DNA of 32,000 nucleotides, from assembly GCF_018860975.1 (NCBI RefSeq), contig NZ_JAHKQI010000008.1, positions 132,626 to 164,625 of the forward strand, read 5' to 3'. A program made the position numbers and the translations under genes. Source of the stretch: Lentibacter algarum (GTDB taxonomy: Bacteria > Pseudomonadota > Alphaproteobacteria > Rhodobacterales > Rhodobacteraceae). The notes below the pieces were generated by a model, which saw nothing but the letters and a program-made list of their open reading frames with translations, had not been told where the DNA came from and made no database searches. Within the stretch, counting starts at the first letter, position 1. Every line of letters starts with the position of its first letter. Of this stretch, positions 27,347 to 32,000 are shown in pieces.

Positions 27347-27856
27347 CTAGAACGGCACGTCGTCGTCAGACGACTCGAACGGATTGGCGACCTTTTTGTC
27401 GGGCCAATTCACTGAGGGTTCGTCATCCGTCTTAGGTGCCTCCCCACCTGCGGCTATGTCCTTCTCAATCATCCGTTCAAGCGCCTTGCCGTAGGCTGGC
27501 ATCTTCCACGACTTCTCGCCCGCTTCCTTACCGCGTTCGTCCTGAATGTCATTGATAGGGCGTTTCGGATGTAGTCCGATCACATACCCTTCATGGCGGC
27601 GCACACCGCCCGACTTGTTCGAGCGCCGCCGCTTCTTCGGAAGTGCGTAAAATACTCGAACCTTTTCCCAGTCGTCGGGGTCAAGCACCTCTTGGAAGAA
27701 GTGGAATCGTTCATCGACAGTCAGCGGGCTGGCTTCCTGGTCGGACAGAAATACACGGCCGTCAGAATCGACGGTCACATTGTGCATATGCTTCTCGCGG
27801 AAGTTGGGCGTCCTGTAGCGCGGTGATCGCCTAGACTTTCCTGTCGTGGTTTTCAT
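27347..27856 (-). CDS. Hypothetical protein with SSB-like acidic C-terminal tip
   Basis: 169-aa ORF ending NPFESSDDDVPF*; alternative start at 27790 (MHNVTVDSDG) with gagaag upstream. Confidence 0.7.
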   Translation of the reverse strand: MKTTTGKSRRSPRYRTPNFREKHMHNVTVDSDGRVFLSDQEASPLTVDERFHFFQEVLDPDDWEKVRVFYALPKKRRRSNKSGGVRRHEGYVIGLHPKRPINDIQDERGKEAGEKSWKMPAYGKALERMIEKDIAAGGEAPKTDDEPSVNWPDKKVANPFESSDDDVPF

Positions 27857-27969
27857 GAACCCGATGTTGACCAGTCAGCGCATTGTGGTCAAGCGTTTGA
27901 AGCGAAATGCAAATAGCTGTAACTGCCCAAAGCGTCACGCGTTGCAAAATCGTTGCAAAAATCAAAAAA

Positions 27970-27989
27970 GGCGAACCCGAAGGTTCGCC
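27970..27989 (-). terminator. Element-supplied intrinsic terminator downstream of restored tRNA-Asn
   Basis: Minus strand reads GGCGAACC-TTCG-GGTTCGCC-TTTTTT. Confidence 0.8.
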
Positions 27990-28016
27990 CATTTTACTTA
28001 ACTATCAAGTAGTTAA

Positions 28017-28066
28017 TTGGCTCCGGCGGTAGGGATCGAACCTACGACAAATTGATTAACAGTCAA
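28017..28066 (-). repeat. att repeat within intact tRNA-Asn
   Basis: Identical 50 bp to 13698..13747. Confidence 0.95.
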
Positions 28067-28092
28067 CTGCTCTACCGCTGAGCTACGCCGGA
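28018..28092 (-). tRNA. tRNA-Asn(GTT), including CCA
   Basis: TCCGGCGTAGCTCAGCGGTAGAGCAGTTGACTGTTAATCAATTTGTCGTAGGTTCGATCCCTACCGCCGGAGCCA folds as a cloverleaf with anticodon GTT. Confidence 0.97.
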
Positions 28093-28171
28093 ATGTCTGG
28101 GGGATATAGCAACAGCACTCCTGCGCGTCTAGAGGCTTTTGTTGCTATTTATCCAAAAAGATATGCACGTC

Positions 28172-29095
28172 CTAAACGAGGGCAAACACCGCTTCGGCGC
28201 TCAGTTGCGGGGCGGCTGAAACGCGCTTGTGAATGTGCAGGTCAATAAGGTGTGCAAAGACATTGCGCGTCGCTGCTGGGATCAGGGCTGGCGGTGTTTC
28301 GGTGTATATCTGACGTGCCAGAGCCTCTGCCGTTGCGGGGCTGTTTTCCAGTGCCGCCAAAATCTGCGCTTCGCGACCCAGCCGATGCTCTATGAGCCAG
28401 TTCAGACGCGCTTCAGGGTCTTCGATCGGTGCGCCATGACCGGCGTGAAACACCCGCCAGTCTCGCGTGGCCAGCTTGCGGCACGATGCCATGAAAGCCG
28501 TGAGGTCGCCGTCAGGAGGGCTGACAAGCGAGCTCGCCCAGCCCATCACCAGATCACCGCAAAACACCATGTCGCGCATCGCAAAGCTGAGATGATTGCC
28601 GAAGTGCCCGGGCGTGTGCAGGGCCGTCAAAGCCCAGTCACCGTGATGCACTGACTCGCCGTCAACCAGCATGATGTCGGGAGCAAAGCCTTCGTCAACG
28701 CCTTCACCTCCGCCTGCAAGCCCTTGGGCTGCCAGATCGTTCATGGTGTCAGAACGGCCTGATTTGCTGTCGCCAAAGGCCAACACTGGCGCGCCTGTCA
28801 CTTGTGACAGTGGTTTGGCGAGCGGGGAGTGGTCCGTATGCGAATGTGTGACAAAGATATGGCTGATACGTTCCTTTGGCTTAAGCGCGCCCAGCAGGGC
28901 TTGTAAATGTGTCTCGCTTGACGGGCCAGGATCGATCACCGCGACATCGCCTTCGCCAACGAGGTAGGTGTTGGTGCCGCGGTAGGTCATCGGTGAGGCG
29001 TTGTCAGCAACCACGCGGCGCAAGCCGTCGTCAAGTTGCTGGGGCTGGCCGATGACAGGATCAAAATCATCCGGGGCGCTAAGTGGGGTGTTCAT
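28172..29095 (-). CDS. Metallo-beta-lactamase fold hydrolase
   Basis: ISHIFVTHSHTDHSPLA, ALHTPGHFGNHLSF, DLVMGW, HAGHG. Confidence 0.9.
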   Translation of the reverse strand: MNTPLSAPDDFDPVIGQPQQLDDGLRRVVADNASPMTYRGTNTYLVGEGDVAVIDPGPSSETHLQALLGALKPKERISHIFVTHSHTDHSPLAKPLSQVTGAPVLAFGDSKSGRSDTMNDLAAQGLAGGGEGVDEGFAPDIMLVDGESVHHGDWALTALHTPGHFGNHLSFAMRDMVFCGDLVMGWASSLVSPPDGDLTAFMASCRKLATRDWRVFHAGHGAPIEDPEARLNWLIEHRLGREAQILAALENSPATAEALARQIYTETPPALIPAATRNVFAHLIDLHIHKRVSAAPQLSAEAVFALV

Positions 29096-29134
29096 GGGTC
29101 TTCCTTCTTGCGGTCACTAAGGCTAGGAATAGGC

Positions 29135-30424
29135 ATGTTCTTCGCTTGGCTCAAACAGTATATGCCGCGTTCGCTCTATGGAAGGGCTGCGCTGATCCTG
29201 ATTGTGCCGATCATTGGCCTGCAGCTTGTGGTCTCGATCGTGTTTATCCAGCGCCACTTCGAGGAAGTTACCAGCCAGATGAGCCGTTCGATGGCGCTTG
29301 AGCTTGCGCTTGTGGTGTCCGAGCTTGAGGCGAGCGGGCAGAGCAATGCAGCGGCGCCCTTGCATATCAACGTGCAAATGCCGGCGCCAGACAACAGGAT
29401 GAGCCGCCGCCGTTGGTATGACTTTGCCGGTATTGTGGTGAAGCGTGAGTTGCACGAAAGCCTGCCTGCTCTTGAGGCCGTTGATCTGCCAAACGGCGGT
29501 AAGGTGCATGCCTACGTGCAAACCGGAGCAGGGCTGGCTGAACTCACATTCGCACGGGCGCGCGTGTCGGCGCTCAACCCGCATCAGCTGTTGGTCAATA
29601 TGGTATTCTTCGGCATCTTGATGACAGTGATCGCTTACATTTATCTGCGCAATCAACTGCGGCCGATCAAGCGGCTTGCGCGGGCAGCAGCGGCGTTCGG
29701 GCGCGGAAATGTGATCGATTACAAGCCCTCCGGCGCCGTTGAAGTGCGTGCGGCGGGGCATGCTTTTCTAGACATGCGCAATCGTATCGAACGCGCGATC
29801 GACCAGCGCACGCTGATGTTGTCGGGCGTAAGCCATGATCTGCGCACGCCACTGACGCGCATGAAACTTGGCTTGTCATTGCTTGACGATGAAGACCGCG
29901 AGCCGCTTGAGCGTGATGTGCAGGAGATGCAACGGATGCTCGACGAGTTCCTGTCATTTGCCAAGGGCGCGCATGAAGGCGAACCGGAAATGAGCGACCC
30001 AATAGCGCTGGTGCGGGGTATTGTAGACGATTGCCAGCGCGCGGGTATGCCGGTGCAACTCGGGGAGTTTGAGGGCGAGGGCGAGTTGGCCCTGCGCCGT
30101 GTCGGAATCCGCCGCGCCATTGAGAACCTGATCGGCAATGCAGTGCGCTACGGCACCAATGCTGTGGTTTCGGTCGCTCTGACAGAGCGGGCTTTGCGCA
30201 TACGGGTTGAAGATGACGGGCCAGGCATTGCAGCCGAACAACGCGAGGAAGCGCAGCGGCCTTTCACGCGACTTGACGCCTCACGCAACCAGAACCGCGG
30301 CTCCGGTGTCGGCTTGGGGCTTTCGATAGCCACCGATGTCGCCCGTGCCCACGGGGGCATGTTGCGGCTCGGCGAAAGCAGCGAGATGGGCGGATTGCGC
30401 GCGGATATTGTCATCGCAAGGTGA
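29135..30424 (+). CDS. Sensor histidine kinase, EnvZ-like
   Basis: Two TM segments, HAMP-like linker, H-box GVSHDLRTPLTRMKL, N-box AIENLIGNAVRYG, DDGPGI, GSGVGLGLSIA. Start at MFFAWLKQYMPRSLYGR. Confidence 0.9.
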   Translation: MFFAWLKQYMPRSLYGRAALILIVPIIGLQLVVSIVFIQRHFEEVTSQMSRSMALELALVVSELEASGQSNAAAPLHINVQMPAPDNRMSRRRWYDFAGIVVKRELHESLPALEAVDLPNGGKVHAYVQTGAGLAELTFARARVSALNPHQLLVNMVFFGILMTVIAYIYLRNQLRPIKRLARAAAAFGRGNVIDYKPSGAVEVRAAGHAFLDMRNRIERAIDQRTLMLSGVSHDLRTPLTRMKLGLSLLDDEDREPLERDVQEMQRMLDEFLSFAKGAHEGEPEMSDPIALVRGIVDDCQRAGMPVQLGEFEGEGELALRRVGIRRAIENLIGNAVRYGTNAVVSVALTERALRIRVEDDGPGIAAEQREEAQRPFTRLDASRNQNRGSGVGLGLSIATDVARAHGGMLRLGESSEMGGLRADIVIAR

Positions 30425-30455
30425 GGTGCGTTCCAACGCGGGAGTTGAACTGCGT

Positions 30456-30529
30456 TGGAGCGGGCAGCGGGAATCGAACCCGCACGTTCAGCTTGGGAAG
30501 CTGACAGGCTACCACTACATCATGCCCGC
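30456..30529 (-). tRNA. tRNA-Gly(CCC), including CCA
   Basis: GCGGGCATGATGTAGTGGTAGCCTGTCAGCTTCCCAAGCTGAACGTGCGGGTTCGATTCCCGCTGCCCGCTCCA; loop TTCCCAA. Confidence 0.95.
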
Positions 30530-30569
30530 GGTGCGCTGACTGGCGAGATAGCGCTTGTGGTCGGCGCGG

Positions 30570-31727
30570 TCAAGCGAGCTTGGTGCGCCTGAGGCCGATG
30601 AGCGTGATGGCGAGTAGCAGTATCAACCCAAGGCCTCCCAGTGCGGGCAAGTCAAATGCGAGCTGCTTGATGGGGGCAGAGAAAACGACTGTCAGCAGGC
30701 CAAATCCGGTCGCCAAAAGCGTGGCAAATGTGAGCAGGGTTTTCTCAAGGGGGGTGAGCGTAAGATCTGGCCAGACAAGTGCAAGGGCAGGGGCCAGCAG
30801 GCAGAGATCATAGTCATATGCATATGGGCTGAGCGCAGCGCCAGAGATCATCCCGAGGGCGAGGACGTGCTCAAGCTGCCAGCGCCGCAGCGCCGCATAG
30901 GCAACAGCCCCTAGCGAAGCGAGTGCACATGCAAAGTGAAGCGTAAGAGCGGCACCGCTTGTAAGGCCGAGCGAGGCGAGCAAGGCAAAGGGGGTGCTCA
31001 TGCGCACAAGCTTGTATTGTCCGGCTTGCAACAGCGTGTTCGACTGCTCGACACTGGCCTGAAGAGCGCGCCAGATGTCAGGGCCATAGACCAGCGTGAC
31101 CAGCAGCAAAGAGACCGCGAGCGTCAGGCAGGCAACGGCCACCATACGAAAACCCCCGCGCAGCAAAGCCGCCAGTCCGAGGCCCAGCCCGAGGTGTGGT
31201 TTGTAAGCGAGAAGCCCGAGCGTGACGCCCGCCGAAGTGCTCTGCCGGGCAAGCGCAAAACGCGCGAACAAGGCCATCATCCCCGCAGTGAGAAAGCCGT
31301 TTTGCCCCGTGAGCAAGTTGATAACGATCGCAGGTAAAACCAGCATTAAAGCCATGCGTCCGGACGAAAACCGAAGCACTGACCAGACGAAAAACGCAAG
31401 GCTTAAGCCGCTAAACAGCAAATACCCCAGCCAGACAGGAAACAGCGCCATGAGCTGTGTCAGCAAATTGAACTGCGGTGGATATGTCCATGTCATAAAC
31501 ACATCAGACCCGGTGCGTTCAAGTTGATGCGCCTTGAAAGCCTCCGCGTCATAGGCAAGCGCAGCACGGCCCTCGTTGGCAAGTTCGCCAACTTGGTGAA
31601 AGATCATGTAGTCAGCCGAGACAGCGTCAACACCGAGCGCGTCGGGTGCGCCGATGCGCAGAGCGGTAAGCCCCATGAGACCAACCAGAAGCAACAGAAT
31701 TACTTTGAAGGTGCTGCTTGAAACCAT
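30570..31727 (-). CDS. GT87/DUF2029-like integral membrane glycosyltransferase family protein
   Basis: Multi-TM protein; VFMTWTYPPQFNLLTQLMALFPVWLGYLLF and LSPYAYDYDLCLL. Confidence 0.75.
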   Translation of the reverse strand: MVSSSTFKVILLLLVGLMGLTALRIGAPDALGVDAVSADYMIFHQVGELANEGRAALAYDAEAFKAHQLERTGSDVFMTWTYPPQFNLLTQLMALFPVWLGYLLFSGLSLAFFVWSVLRFSSGRMALMLVLPAIVINLLTGQNGFLTAGMMALFARFALARQSTSAGVTLGLLAYKPHLGLGLGLAALLRGGFRMVAVACLTLAVSLLLVTLVYGPDIWRALQASVEQSNTLLQAGQYKLVRMSTPFALLASLGLTSGAALTLHFACALASLGAVAYAALRRWQLEHVLALGMISGAALSPYAYDYDLCLLAPALALVWPDLTLTPLEKTLLTFATLLATGFGLLTVVFSAPIKQLAFDLPALGGLGLILLLAITLIGLRRTKLA

Positions 31728-31732
31728 CGTGC

Positions 31733-32000
31733 CTAGCCGCGCCGCCTGCGCCTGCGCCCGCCGCCGCTCTCACCGTCACCGCCGGTGTTGAAGCTGACAT
31801 CAGGCAGGCTAACGACGCTGGCCAGAATGGGAAACGGCTCGGCAGAATTGGGGATCGCCGAAGCATTGACGAAATGCTCCTGAAAGCGTGGCTCGACTGC
31901 GGTTTCAACCTTCAGGATGTTGCGCACCGTGGCTTCGATCTCGCCACGCGCCTCAACGTTGAGCAGGGCGATGCGCGCGCCTGTGCCCGCCGCGTTGCCA
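31733..32000 (-). CDS. C-terminal part of ASKHA/DUF4445-like protein (RACo-like)
   Basis: GNAAGTGARIALLNVEARGEIEATVRNILKVETAVEPRFQEHFVNASAIPNSAEPFP...GGRRRRRRG; 5' end beyond the window. Confidence 0.6.
   Translation of the reverse strand, partial: GNAAGTGARIALLNVEARGEIEATVRNILKVETAVEPRFQEHFVNASAIPNSAEPFPILASVVSLPDVSFNTGGDGESGGGRRRRRRG

Larger units (their letters stand above)
13698..28066. mobile_element. 14.3-kb tRNA-Asn-integrated element; candidate phage satellite with defence cassette
   Basis: Perfect 50-bp direct repeats at both ends, integrase just inside one end, replication and packaging-type genes, intact tRNA restored at the right end. Confidence 0.9.

Noticed and set aside
29123-29761. 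212-aa minus-strand ORF
   Set aside because: Antisense to the histidine kinase.

Overview
Alphaproteobacterial chromosomal segment (judged from protein character only) with four blocks. (1) 1-1389: right end of a tRNA-associated integrative element, with a tyrosine integrase on the minus strand and a 3' tRNA-Thr(TGT) remnant at 1346-1389; the rest lies off the left edge. (2) 1986-13632: reductive pyrimidine/hydantoin catabolism locus with PreT/PreA-like dihydropyrimidine dehydrogenase, DMT transporter, two RutR-like TetR regulators, Zn-dependent amidohydrolase, a bPH_1/DUF1696-like PH-domain gene, dihydropyrimidinase, and a NitT/TauT-type ABC transporter. (3) 13698-28066: a 14.3-kb element inserted in the 3' end of tRNA-Asn(GTT), flanked by a perfect 50-bp direct repeat. 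It encodes an integrase, a MerR/AlpA-like HTH protein, a primase-helicase, a UDG-like protein, small hypothetical proteins, a TerS-like protein and a large terminase split into ATPase and nuclease ORFs. I recognise no capsid, portal or tail genes. Its right third carries AIPR + an unannotated 44-aa membrane peptide, divergent from a C5-cytosine methyltransferase + GIY-YIG nuclease pair, and ends with a protein bearing an SSB-like C-terminal tip (DDDVPF). I interpret it as a candidate capsid-less phage satellite carrying a candidate defence cassette. (4) 28018-32000: tRNA-Asn, MBL-fold hydrolase, EnvZ-like histidine kinase, tRNA-Gly(CCC), GT87-like membrane protein, and the C-terminus of an ASKHA/DUF4445-like protein. 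All homology calls come from motif recognition only; no database search was run.
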